Position numbers and translations under genes: made by a program
Source: Alphaproteobacteria bacterium
GTDB taxonomy: Bacteria; Pseudomonadota; Alphaproteobacteria; SHVV01
Assembly: GCA_965261735.1 (NCBI GenBank)
Contig: OZ253470.1
Location: 2,368,001 to 2,432,000 of the forward strand
Length of the DNA: 64,000 nt
Direction: 5' to 3'
Shown: piece by piece, positions 40,542 to 50,006 of the stretch
Layout of the letters: each line of letters opens with the position of its first letter
How positions within the stretch are numbered: position 1 is the first letter of the stretch
Notes under the pieces: generated by a model
Told to the model about the DNA's origin: nothing
Seen by the model: the letters and a program-made list of their open reading frames with translations, nothing else
Database searches by the model: none

Positions 40542-41684
40542 ATGGTGTCCAACCTCGCCGCCGAGCCCAAGTTCCACCCCGACCCAGAGCGCTCCTACAC
40601 GCTGCCGGGCACCTACTACTTCGACCCCGAGATCTTTGAGCGCGAGAAGGAGGAGATCTGGTTCAAGACTTGGCAGTTCATCGGCTATCGCCACGATCTT
40701 AAGGAGCCCGGCGACTACATCACGGCGACCATCATCGATCAGCCGGTGTTCGCGGTCCGGGCCAAGGACGGGCGCCTGCGGGCCTACTACAACGTGTGCA
40801 TGCACCGTGGTCACATCCTGCTCGAGGGCACGGGCAATACGCGCATGATCACCTGCCCGTTCCATGCCTGGACCTATGATTTCGAGGGCAACCTCAAGGC
40901 GGCGGGCAACTCCGAGAACGTGGCCGGCTTCGATCACGGCGACTTCTGCCTGCCCGAGATCCAGGTCGAGGAATTCGCCCACATGGTGTTCGTGAACCTC
41001 GATGCGGGGGCGCCTTCATTGGCGAGCCAGGCGGGCGATCTCGCCCAGCACTGGCAGGACAACGTGCTCAATTTCGACAAGCTCAAGCTCGCGCGCCGCG
41101 ACCCTTACGTTATCGAGGCCAACTGGAAGTTCGTCGCCGACCAGAACGAGTGCTACCACTGCCCGGTCATCCATCCCGGCGTCGCCAGCGTCGAGGGTGG
41201 GCCCGGCGCCTGGATCACCACCGAGCACGACATCTGGTCGACGCACCTGGTGCGCGCCAACGAGCAGGTCACCGCCGAGCGCGTGCAGAACCTGATCGAA
41301 CCCATCCCGCCCGACGAGCTCCAGGACGACACCCACCTCTACTTCCTGTTCCCCAACCTGATCTTCGTCACCCACTGGGGCCCGAGCAACTTCAAGGTCA
41401 TGCACTTCATGCCGAGGGGCATCGAGTCGACGCTCGAGATCGTCGACAATTTCTGCCTCAACGATCCGCCGAGCGAGGGCGACATGGCCAACATCAACCG
41501 CTTCAGCGATATCGTGCAGCCGCAGGACATCCACCCCATGGGACAACAGCAGCTCGGCGTGCACTCGCGCGGCTATACGCAAGGCCGCCTCATGGTCGAT
41601 CGCGAGCGCACCTACCGCAGCGAGCACTCCGTCCACCACTTCGACAACCTCGTGTGGACCGCGCTCAACGGCCCGAACTACTAG
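40542..41684 (+). CDS. Rieske oxygenase alpha subunit, paralog 3
   Basis: CMHRG...CPFH; ECYHCPVIHP; PQD. Confidence 0.9.
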   Translation: MVSNLAAEPKFHPDPERSYTLPGTYYFDPEIFEREKEEIWFKTWQFIGYRHDLKEPGDYITATIIDQPVFAVRAKDGRLRAYYNVCMHRGHILLEGTGNTRMITCPFHAWTYDFEGNLKAAGNSENVAGFDHGDFCLPEIQVEEFAHMVFVNLDAGAPSLASQAGDLAQHWQDNVLNFDKLKLARRDPYVIEANWKFVADQNECYHCPVIHPGVASVEGGPGAWITTEHDIWSTHLVRANEQVTAERVQNLIEPIPPDELQDDTHLYFLFPNLIFVTHWGPSNFKVMHFMPRGIESTLEIVDNFCLNDPPSEGDMANINRFSDIVQPQDIHPMGQQQLGVHSRGYTQGRLMVDRERTYRSEHSVHHFDNLVWTALNGPNY

Positions 41685-41703
41685 GCCGCCAGGGGGGAGC
41701 TCC

Positions 41704-42879
41704 ATGTCATCGAGCGCCGCGCCGCGCACCACCAACCGGTTCCACGCCGACCCCGAGCTGTCCTACACCCTGCCCGGCCGCTACTACTTCGACGCCGGGA
41801 TCTACGCGAGCGAGAAGGAGGAGATCTTCTTTAAGTCCTGGCAGTTCGCGGGCTACGTCCACGAGCTGCGCGAGCCCGGCGACTACGTCACCGCGCGCAT
41901 CGTCGACCAGCCGGTGTTCGTCGTGCGCGCCAAGGACGGAGCTTTGCGCGCCTATTACAACGCCTGCATGCACCGCGGCCACATCCTGCTCGAGGGCAGC
42001 GGCAACGTGCGCATGATCACCTGCCCGTTCCACGCCTGGACCTATGATCTCGAGGGCAACCTCAAGGCGGCGGGAAACTCGGAGAACGTCGCAGGCTTCG
42101 ACCACGGCGATTTCTGCCTGCCGGAGATCGGGGTCGAGGAGTTCGCCAACATGGTGTTCGTCAACCTCGATGCGGGCGCGCCCTCGCTCGCCAGCCAGGC
42201 CGGCGACCTGGCCGAGGACTTCCGGACCAACGTCGTCAATTTCGACCGCCTCCGCTTCGGCCGGCGCGACCCCTACAAGCTTAAGTGCAATTGGAAGTTC
42301 GTGATGGACCAGAACGAGTGCTACCACTGCCCGATCATCCATCCGCGGGTCTCCAGCGTCCAGGACGGTCCCGACAACTGGACGACCACCGAGTACGCGT
42401 TGTGGTCCAAGCATCTCATCCGCGCCAACCCGACCATCCGCGCTGAGCGCGAGCAGGCGCTGCGCGAGCCCATTCCGGCGGACGATCTCCAGCTCGACAT
42501 GTACATCTGGTTCCTGTGGCCGAATCTGGTGTTCGTCACGCAGTGGGGTCCGGCCAACTTCCGTGTCATGCACTGCATGCCCGAGGGGCCCGAGCTCACC
42601 ATCGAGAACGTCGATACCTTCGTCCTCAACGACCCGCCGAGCGGCGACGACATCGACGCCATGAACCGCTTCCGCGACGTAGTCCAGCCGCAGGACACCC
42701 TGGCCATGGAGCAGCAGCAGCTCGGCGTGCACGCACGCGGCTACTGGCAGGGCCGCCTCATGGTCGACAAGGGTCGCACCTGGCGCAGCGAGCATGCGGT
42801 CCACCACTTCGACGACATGGTGTGGAGGGCGCTGAACGGCCCCGACTACGGCCCCGATACCGCCACCGCCGCGCGCTGA
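41704..42879 (+). CDS. Rieske oxygenase alpha subunit, paralog 4
   Basis: CMHRG...CPFH; ECYHCPIIHP; PQD. Confidence 0.9.
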   Translation: MSSSAAPRTTNRFHADPELSYTLPGRYYFDAGIYASEKEEIFFKSWQFAGYVHELREPGDYVTARIVDQPVFVVRAKDGALRAYYNACMHRGHILLEGSGNVRMITCPFHAWTYDLEGNLKAAGNSENVAGFDHGDFCLPEIGVEEFANMVFVNLDAGAPSLASQAGDLAEDFRTNVVNFDRLRFGRRDPYKLKCNWKFVMDQNECYHCPIIHPRVSSVQDGPDNWTTTEYALWSKHLIRANPTIRAEREQALREPIPADDLQLDMYIWFLWPNLVFVTQWGPANFRVMHCMPEGPELTIENVDTFVLNDPPSGDDIDAMNRFRDVVQPQDTLAMEQQQLGVHARGYWQGRLMVDKGRTWRSEHAVHHFDDMVWRALNGPDYGPDTATAAR

Positions 42880-44044
42880 TGACGAGCGTCGCGCCGACGG
42901 CTCGGGAGAGCCGGTTCGGTCACGATCCCGAGCACTCCGCGACGCTGCCCGGGCATTACTACATGGACCGGACGATCTTCGAGCGCGAGAACGAGGAGAT
43001 CTGGTTCAAGACCTGGCAGTTCGTCGGCTACCTCCACGATCTCGAAGGGCCCGGCGACTACATCACGACTACTCTCCTCGACCAGCCGCTGTTCGTGGTC
43101 CGCGCCAAGGACGGCAACCTGCGCGCCTTCTACAATGTGTGCATGCACCGCGGGCATATCCTGCTCGAGGGCACGGGCCATACGCGGATGATCACCTGCC
43201 CCTTCCATGCCTGGACCTACGATCTCGAAGGCAACCTCATGGCGGCGGGAAACTCGGAGAACGTGGCCGGCTTCGATGCGGGCGAGTTTTGCCTGCCCGA
43301 GATCCAGGTCGAAGAGTTCCTGCACATAGCGTTCGTCAATCTCGATGTGGGCGCACCCTCGCTCGCGAGCCAGGCCGGCGGGCTCGAGCGCGAGATTCGC
43401 GCCACCGTGCCGCAGTTCGAGCAGCTCAAGCTCGCCCGCCACGACCCCTTCGTGCTCAAGTGCAACTGGAAGTTCATCCTCGACGGCATGGAGTGCTACC
43501 ACTGTCCCCACATCCACCCTGGCGTTTTCGACGGCAAGAAGCCCGAGCTTCGCGAGTCGATCGAGCACGACGTGTGGGCGACGCACATTTCCTACGGCGA
43601 CGGCGAGGTCACCCGACATCAGCGGGACAAGCTGCCCTACGAGTTCGACGCCGACGATGCGCTCCAGAACGTCTACATCTGGTGGCTGTGGCCCAACCTG
43701 ATCTTCGTCCCCCCCAGGGGCCGAGCAACCTCAAGGTCATGCACATTCGCGCCGACAGCGTCGAGCGCTCGTTCATGGGGATCGACAACTTCTTCGTGAA
43801 CGACCCGCCGAGCGCGGCCGAGATCGGTAGCATGAACTGGTTCCGCGATGTGATTCAGCCGCAGGATACGCGCGCCATGGAGCTCCAGCAGCTCGACATG
43901 AGCGCGCGCGGCTACAGCCAGGGCCGCCTCATGGTCGATCGCGGGCGCACCTGGCGCAGCGAGCACACCACTCACCTGTTCGACCTGCGGGTGTGGCTCG
44001 CGCTCAACGCCGAGGGCACCCAGGTCGGCGGAGGCGAGGCATGA
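42879..44044 (+). pseudogene. Rieske oxygenase alpha subunit, paralog 5, frameshifted in a C7 run
   Basis: The frame runs to WPNLIFV, then QGPSNLK... continues in another frame; one base short at 43709-43715. Confidence 0.85.
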
Positions 44045-44349
44045 CGGCAAACATCGTGCGAGACAAGCGGCGTAGGTTCCACCCCGACCCGGAGCATTCG
44101 GACACGCTGCCCGGGACCTACTACTGGGACCCCGACATCTTCGCCCGCGAGAAGGAGGAGATTTTCTTCAAGACGTGGCAGTTCGTGGGCTATGTGAGCG
44201 AGCTCAGGAGCCCGGGCGATTTCGTCACCGCGACTATCATCGACCAGCCCGTCTTCGTGATCCGCGCCAAGGAAGGGGCTTTGCGCGCCTACTACAACGT
44301 GTGCATGCACCGCGGTCATATCCTGCTCGAGGGCAAGGGCAACGTGCGC
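44041..44349 (+). pseudogene. Rieske oxygenase alpha subunit, paralog 6, truncated
   Basis: Homology ends at CMHRGHILLEGKGNVR, just before the second Rieske half-motif CPFH. Confidence 0.85.
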
Positions 44350-44901
44350 CGCATCGCCCATCTTGGCGGCACCGCGCAGCTGCACCGCGTGGGGCGCGCG
44401 GCTCCGAAACCCTCACCCAACGGCCGGTTCGCAAGGCCGATAGGATCGATCGCTTTCTGCCCGGTCCGCAGCGGCCCAACGATGCGCTTGCCGGCACCCG
44501 CCGCCGCGTGGGAGGCGCCAACGCCGAGCGGCCGGGTGCGCGCCCCGGTAACGTGCGCCCCACCGCGGGCGAGGCACGCGCTCGGGAATCGCTCTCCACC
44601 CAGGCGGGCCACTCGAGCGCCTTCGTCACGCAGTTCATCGCCCAGGAAGTGATCCCCGACGACGAGCGCGGGCGGCCCGGTTTTCACGATGGCGGCGTCG
44701 CCGCGTACGAGGCCACGACCTGCGCGCGCGGGTCTATTTCGGGCCTAACCAGCCGATCGAAGTCCGCGCCTGAGCCGTTCTCCTATCGCGGGCGCGCGCC
44801 TCGGCTGCTGTGCCCGAGCGGGTGTTTCATGATATGACCCCGCCGGGCGCGGGCGCGCGATGCGCAGCCGGCGCCGAGGCGCAACTTGCGGGAACACTCC
44901 C

Positions 44902-46452
44902 ATGCCCGACGCCATGACGGCGGCCGAACTTGTGGCGCGCGGCGCCGACGCCGATATCGCGATCGGCGCACCGGGGAGAGCACCGCTCACCTTCGATGGC
45001 CTGCGCCGCCTGGTCACCGCCACCGTGCGCGACCTCAACGATATGGGCCTCGGCCGCGGCGACCGCGTCGCGATCGTGCTCCCCAACGGGCCCGAGATGG
45101 CGGCCTCCTTCGTGGCCATCGCCGCCGGCGCCAGCACCGCGCCGCTCAACCCCGCCTACCGCACGGACGAGTTCGCGTTCTACCTCGAAGACCTCGCGGC
45201 GAAGGCGCTCGTGGTAAGGGCCGGCAGCCCCACGCCCGCGCGCGAGGTGGCGGTAGAGCGCGGCCTCCGCCTGATCGAGCTCGACGTCGCGGACGGCGCC
45301 CCGGCCGGGAGCTTCAGCCTCGGCGGTGCCTGCGGCGGCGGCGCGGTACCCGTCGCCCGTGGCGGCATGGCGGAGGCCGACGACGAGGCGCTAGTGCTGC
45401 ACACCTCGGGCACCACCTCGCGCCCCAAGATCGTCCCCTTGAGCCAGCGCAATATCTGCGCTTCGGCCCGCAACGTCCGCGCGACCCTGGCGCTGACGGC
45501 TGCCGACCACTGCCTCAACATCATGCCGCTGTTCCATATCCACGGCCTGATCGCGGCCACGCTGGCGAGCCTCGGCGCCGGCGCCGCGGTCACCTGCACA
45601 CCGGGTTTTAACGCGCTGCGCTTTTTCGCCTGGCTCGAAGAGGTACAGCCGACCTGGTACAGCGCTGTCCCCACCATGCACCAAGCGATCGTGGCCCGCG
45701 CCCCCCGCAACCGCGAGATCATCGCCGCGAGCGAGCTGCGCTTCATCCGCTCGTCGAGCGCCTCGCTGCCGCCGCAGGTGATGGAGGAGCTCGAGGAGAC
45801 CTTCGGCGCACCGGTGATCGAATCCTACGGCATGACCGAGGCGGCACACCAGATGACGAGCAACCCGCTGCCGCCGGTGGCGCGCAAGCCCGGCACGGTC
45901 GGCATCGCCGCCGGCCCCGAGGTGGCAGTGATGGACGCGGCCGGCGCGCTCCTCAGGCCCGGCGATGTCGGCGAAGTGGTGATCCGCGGCGACAACGTCA
46001 CCGGCGGCTACGACCATAATCCTACGGCCAACGCCGAGGCCTTCACGGAAGGCTGGTTCCGTACCGGCGACCAGGGCCGCCTCGACGGCGACGGCTATCT
46101 CACGATTACCGGCCGCCTGAAGGAGATCATCAACCGCGGCGGCGAAAAGATTTCGCCGCGCGAGGTCGACGAGGTCCTGCTCGACCATGACGCCGTCATC
46201 GAGGCCGTGACCTTCGCCGTGCCGCACGACAAGCTCGGCGAGGACGTCGTCGCCGCCGCCGTGCTGCGCGACGGCGTGCATGCGAGCGGGCGCGATCTGC
46301 GTGCCTTCGTTGCCACGCGACTTGCCGACTTCAAGGTGCCGCGCCAGGTGCTCATCCTCGATGCCCTGCCCAAGGGCGCCACCGGCAAGGTTCAGCGCAT
46401 CGGTCTCGCCGACAAGCTCGGCCTCGGCCGGGCGCGGGAACCCGCCGCTTGA
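44902..46452 (+). CDS. Acyl-CoA synthetase, oxalate-CoA ligase (AAE3/Oxs)-like
   Basis: LHTSGTTSRPK, MPLFHIHGL, SYGMTEAAHQMTSNPLPP, GRLKEIINRGGEKISP. Confidence 0.85.
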   Translation: MPDAMTAAELVARGADADIAIGAPGRAPLTFDGLRRLVTATVRDLNDMGLGRGDRVAIVLPNGPEMAASFVAIAAGASTAPLNPAYRTDEFAFYLEDLAAKALVVRAGSPTPAREVAVERGLRLIELDVADGAPAGSFSLGGACGGGAVPVARGGMAEADDEALVLHTSGTTSRPKIVPLSQRNICASARNVRATLALTAADHCLNIMPLFHIHGLIAATLASLGAGAAVTCTPGFNALRFFAWLEEVQPTWYSAVPTMHQAIVARAPRNREIIAASELRFIRSSSASLPPQVMEELEETFGAPVIESYGMTEAAHQMTSNPLPPVARKPGTVGIAAGPEVAVMDAAGALLRPGDVGEVVIRGDNVTGGYDHNPTANAEAFTEGWFRTGDQGRLDGDGYLTITGRLKEIINRGGEKISPREVDEVLLDHDAVIEAVTFAVPHDKLGEDVVAAAVLRDGVHASGRDLRAFVATRLADFKVPRQVLILDALPKGATGKVQRIGLADKLGLGRAREPAA

Positions 46453-47429
46453 AGATCTCCCTCGTTGGCGCCGGCGCGATCGGCGGCCTATTGGGCGCGC
46501 GGCTCGCGCGCGCCGGCGAGGACGTCACCCTGATCGCGCGCGGCGCCCACCTCGCCGCCATCCGCGAGCATGGCTTGCGTCTCAGGAGCGGCGGCGAGGA
46601 GGACAGGGTCGAGGTCAAGGCGACCCACGATGCGGCCGCCGTCGGGCCACAGGACTACGTCGTCGTGACGCTGAAGGCCCACTCGGTACCCGCCATGGTC
46701 GAGCCCATGCAAGCGCTTCTCGGGCGCGACACCGCCATCGTCTCGGCCGTTAACGGCATCCCGTGGTGGTACTTCTACAAGCTCGACGGACCGTGGCGGG
46801 ACACGCGCGTCGAGGCCGTCGACCCAGGCGGCCGGCAGTGGTCGCTGCTCGGCCCGCGGCGCGCGATAGGCTGCGTCGTCTACCCCGCCTGCGAGATCGT
46901 CGAGCCGGGTGTCATCGAGCATGTTTATGGCGACAGATTCAGCCTCGGCGAGCCCGACGGTGTGCGCTCGGAACGTTGCGCCGCCCTGAGTAGGGCGTTT
47001 ATCGCTGCCGGCTTCAAGGCACCGGTGCGGGGCAACATCCGTAACGAGATATGGGTGAAGCTGTGGGGCAATCTCTCCTTCAACCCGGTAAGCGTGCTCA
47101 CCCATGCGACGCTCGACGTTATCGCCGGCGATGCCGGAACGCACGCCATCGTGCGCTCGATGATGGTCGAGGCGCAGAGCGTTGCGGAAGCCCTCGGGGC
47201 CAAGTTTCCGCTCACCGTCGATGCGCGTATTGCCGGGGCGGCAGAGGTCGGCGCCCATAAGACCTCGATGCTTCAGGACCTCGAGCGCGGGCGCGCCATG
47301 GAGATCGACGCCATGGTCGGGGCCGTCATCGAGCTCGGCCGGCTCGTGGCCGTACCGACGCCGACGATCGATATGATGTTTGCGTTGCTGGTCCAGCGCG
47401 CGCGCGCCGCCGGCACCTACGCGGGGTGA
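46449..47429 (+). CDS. Ketopantoate reductase family protein (PanE2/oxalyl-CoA reductase-like)
   Basis: GAGAIGG, NGIPWWYF, IWVKLWGN, HKTSMLQD; coupled to the ligase. Confidence 0.85.
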   Translation: MKISLVGAGAIGGLLGARLARAGEDVTLIARGAHLAAIREHGLRLRSGGEEDRVEVKATHDAAAVGPQDYVVVTLKAHSVPAMVEPMQALLGRDTAIVSAVNGIPWWYFYKLDGPWRDTRVEAVDPGGRQWSLLGPRRAIGCVVYPACEIVEPGVIEHVYGDRFSLGEPDGVRSERCAALSRAFIAAGFKAPVRGNIRNEIWVKLWGNLSFNPVSVLTHATLDVIAGDAGTHAIVRSMMVEAQSVAEALGAKFPLTVDARIAGAAEVGAHKTSMLQDLERGRAMEIDAMVGAVIELGRLVAVPTPTIDMMFALLVQRARAAGTYAG

Positions 47430-47660
47430 GCGACCCGCGCTCCTCGACCACCGGTGGAGGGGTGTCGACACGGCGCCCGTTCGATACGCCCCGGATCGCG
47501 AGAATACTCAACCGAATCAATATCTTAATTCTCGATGTGGGCCTATCCGGTTTGCAATTCTTTCCGGCTGCCACCACATGGTTAACGTTATCGAAGACTC
47601 CCGACGACGGGGAGAATCGGAGCACCAGGGAGGATTACACCGCCTTATGGAGGTGATGAC

Positions 47661-47957
47661 ATGGCGCGCATCGCCGCGCTCGTCTTCCTGGTTGTGGTTG
47701 CCGCCTTGCCCGCGGCAGCGCAGGTATTTTGTGCACCCCACGATGCCATCACGGACCTGCTCGGCAAGCGTTACGCCGAGGCGCCGGAGGCCTGGGGCCT
47801 CACGGCCGACGGCAACCTGATCGAGGTGTTCACGTCGCGCGGCGGCTCATGGACCCTCGTCGAGACCACCCCGGCCGGCACGAGCTGCCCTCAGGCCGCG
47901 GGCCAGGGCTGGACCCAAGTGCCAGTTCAGGCCCGTAAGCGCACGCCCTTCATGTAG
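47661..47957 (+). CDS. Small exported hypothetical protein
   Basis: GGAGG RBS, signal peptide ending PAAA-Q, two Cys, EVFTS..GSWT. Confidence 0.7.
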   Translation: MARIAALVFLVVVAALPAAAQVFCAPHDAITDLLGKRYAEAPEAWGLTADGNLIEVFTSRGGSWTLVETTPAGTSCPQAAGQGWTQVPVQARKRTPFM

Positions 47958-47973
47958 CGCCAAGGCGCGCCGC

Positions 47974-49566
47974 TCAGTAGCCGAGCGCGATGCCGTCTTT
48001 GCGCGGCTCGGAGCCGCCGATCAGGGCCCCGTTCTCCCAGTCGATCCAGATCGCCTGACCGCCGCCGTGCGGATATTTGTTGCGGCCGACGCGGTGGCCG
48101 AGTGCCGCGAGGCCGTGCGCGGCGGCATCGCCGATGCCGCGCTCGAGCAGCAGATCGCCGCCGACGTGGAAGGCGCGCGCGAGGTCGAGCCCCTCCTGCA
48201 CGTCCATCCCGTAGTCGATGATGTTGGTGAGCAGATGGGTGTGGCCCACTGGCTGGTAGTAGCCGCCCATGACGCCGTAGGACAGGACCGCGCGGCCGTC
48301 CTTCTGCACCATGCCGGGGATGATGGTGTGGAGCGGCCGTTTGCTGGGCCCGATGCAGTTGGCGTGGCCGGCCGCGACGACGAACCCTGCGCCCCGGTTC
48401 TGCAGGAGGAACCCCGAGCGCGGCGCCACGAGGCCGGAGCCGAAGGAGTTGAACAGCGAATTGATAAAGGAGACCGCGTTGCGGTCGCGGTCGACGACCG
48501 TGAGGTAGACGGTATCGGGGTGGACCGGGAAGTTGGAGGCGCCGAGGTCGCCCATGGCGCGGTCGGGCGAAATCTGGCCGCGTAGGCGCTCGGCGTAGTC
48601 CGCCGACAGGAGGCGCTCGACGGGGACGTCGGCTTGTGAGGGATCGCCGATCAGCGTATCGCGCGCACGGTAGGCGAGCCTGGTCGCCTCGGCCTCGAGG
48701 TGCAGCCGCTCGACGCCGAGAGGATCGAGGTCGCCGAGCGGGTAGCCGGCCAGGATGTTGAGCATGAGCAGGACGGTGATGCCCTGGCCGTTGGGCGGAA
48801 TCTGGACGACCTCGTAGCCGCGGTAGGTGGTGCGGATTGGCGTCACGTAATCGGAACGGTGATCGGCGAAATCATCGAGCGTGTGCAGGCCACCGAGGCC
48901 GCGTAGGTAGGCCACCACCTCCTCGGCGATAGCGCCGGTATAGAAGGCATCCCGGCCGTCGCGTGCGAGCGCTTTCAGGGTCTCGGCGAGCAGCGGCTGG
49001 CGGTGGACCTCGCCGGCCCGCGGCGTCCGCCCCTGGGGCAGGAAAATCTGCCGCGCCGTTTCATCGACGCCGATCTTGCCGACCTCACGCTGCCAGTCCC
49101 AGGCGACGCGGGGCGCCACGACGTAGCCGTTTTCGGCATGGTCGATGGCCGGCGCCAGCACGGCGGCGAAGTCCATCGTCCCGTGATCGGCGAGGAGCCG
49201 CGCCCACGCGTCGACGGCGCCCGGCACGGTCACGCAGTGGGGGCTCAGATTGAGCGGCACCGCGTCCATCCCGCGTTCGAGATACCACTCGGCCGTTGCC
49301 GCCGCCGGCGCCCGGCCCGAGCCGTTAAGCCCAATGACCTCGCCCGTGCCACCAGGACACAAGAGCATGAAGCAATCGCCGCCGATGCCCGTCGACTGCG
49401 GCTCGACGACGGCGAGCACCGCGCTCGCCGCAATCGCCGCATCGATGGCGTTGCCGCCCGCGCGCAGCATGTCGATGGCGGCCAGGCTCGCCAGGGGATG
49501 CGAGGTCGCAGCCATGCCGTTCAAGGCATGCGCGGTTGAGCGGCCGGGAAGCTGAAAATCACGCAT
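47974..49566 (-). CDS. ggt: Gamma-glutamyltransferase family protein
   Basis: GGNAIDAA, TGIGGDCF, DTVY nucleophile, LQNRG, KRPLHTIIP, PRKDG. Confidence 0.9.
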   Translation of the reverse strand: MRDFQLPGRSTAHALNGMAATSHPLASLAAIDMLRAGGNAIDAAIAASAVLAVVEPQSTGIGGDCFMLLCPGGTGEVIGLNGSGRAPAAATAEWYLERGMDAVPLNLSPHCVTVPGAVDAWARLLADHGTMDFAAVLAPAIDHAENGYVVAPRVAWDWQREVGKIGVDETARQIFLPQGRTPRAGEVHRQPLLAETLKALARDGRDAFYTGAIAEEVVAYLRGLGGLHTLDDFADHRSDYVTPIRTTYRGYEVVQIPPNGQGITVLLMLNILAGYPLGDLDPLGVERLHLEAEATRLAYRARDTLIGDPSQADVPVERLLSADYAERLRGQISPDRAMGDLGASNFPVHPDTVYLTVVDRDRNAVSFINSLFNSFGSGLVAPRSGFLLQNRGAGFVVAAGHANCIGPSKRPLHTIIPGMVQKDGRAVLSYGVMGGYYQPVGHTHLLTNIIDYGMDVQEGLDLARAFHVGGDLLLERGIGDAAAHGLAALGHRVGRNKYPHGGGQAIWIDWENGALIGGSEPRKDGIALGY

Positions 49567-49728
49567 GGAGTCCCTCAGGCGGGGCGCGAACACCGAGGCG
49601 GGGAACGGGACGCGCCAGTATGCAACGGCGCGCGACGCAGGCGCAAACGCGCGCGCTGCGGCACGCTGGGACCGGCGATCGACGCAGGGCACCGAAGGGA
49701 GGGCGCGTGGGCTGCGGCGGGAGGAGCC

Positions 49729-49959
49729 TTACGGTCGTCGATCGAGGTTGGGCTCGAGAAGCCGGTGGAGGTGAACGATGACGTATTTGGTGTGGGCGTC
49801 GTCGACGGTGGCCTGGGACTTCCTGCGCCAGGCGTTGAGAGCGGATTTGTAGTCCGGGAAGACGCCGACCAGATCGAGCGCGGCGGGGTCGGTGAACTCG
49901 ACGCCGCGCGGGTCCGCGACCGTGCCGCCGGACACGAAGTGTAGAAGTTGCTTGGCCAT
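49729..49959 (-). CDS. DUF4170 family protein
   Basis: QLLHFV.GG, DLVGVFPDY..A..AW, Q.TVDDAH..Y.IVHLHRLLEP. Confidence 0.8.
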   Translation of the reverse strand: MAKQLLHFVSGGTVADPRGVEFTDPAALDLVGVFPDYKSALNAWRRKSQATVDDAHTKYVIVHLHRLLEPNLDRRP

Positions 49960-50006
49960 TGGAGTCCGATCCTGTGGAGGCCGAGCGCGGGGGCGCGCCC
50001 GTACTC

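Noticed and set aside
44350-44652. C-terminal extension of Rieske paralog 6 as a real fusion protein
   Set aside because: Low-complexity Pro/Arg/Ala read-through with no domain features
47541-47555. GCCTATCCGGTTTGC resembling the IS1595 IR
   Set aside because: A lone 15-bp match without the terminal CTT, a partner end or a TSD; may be chance
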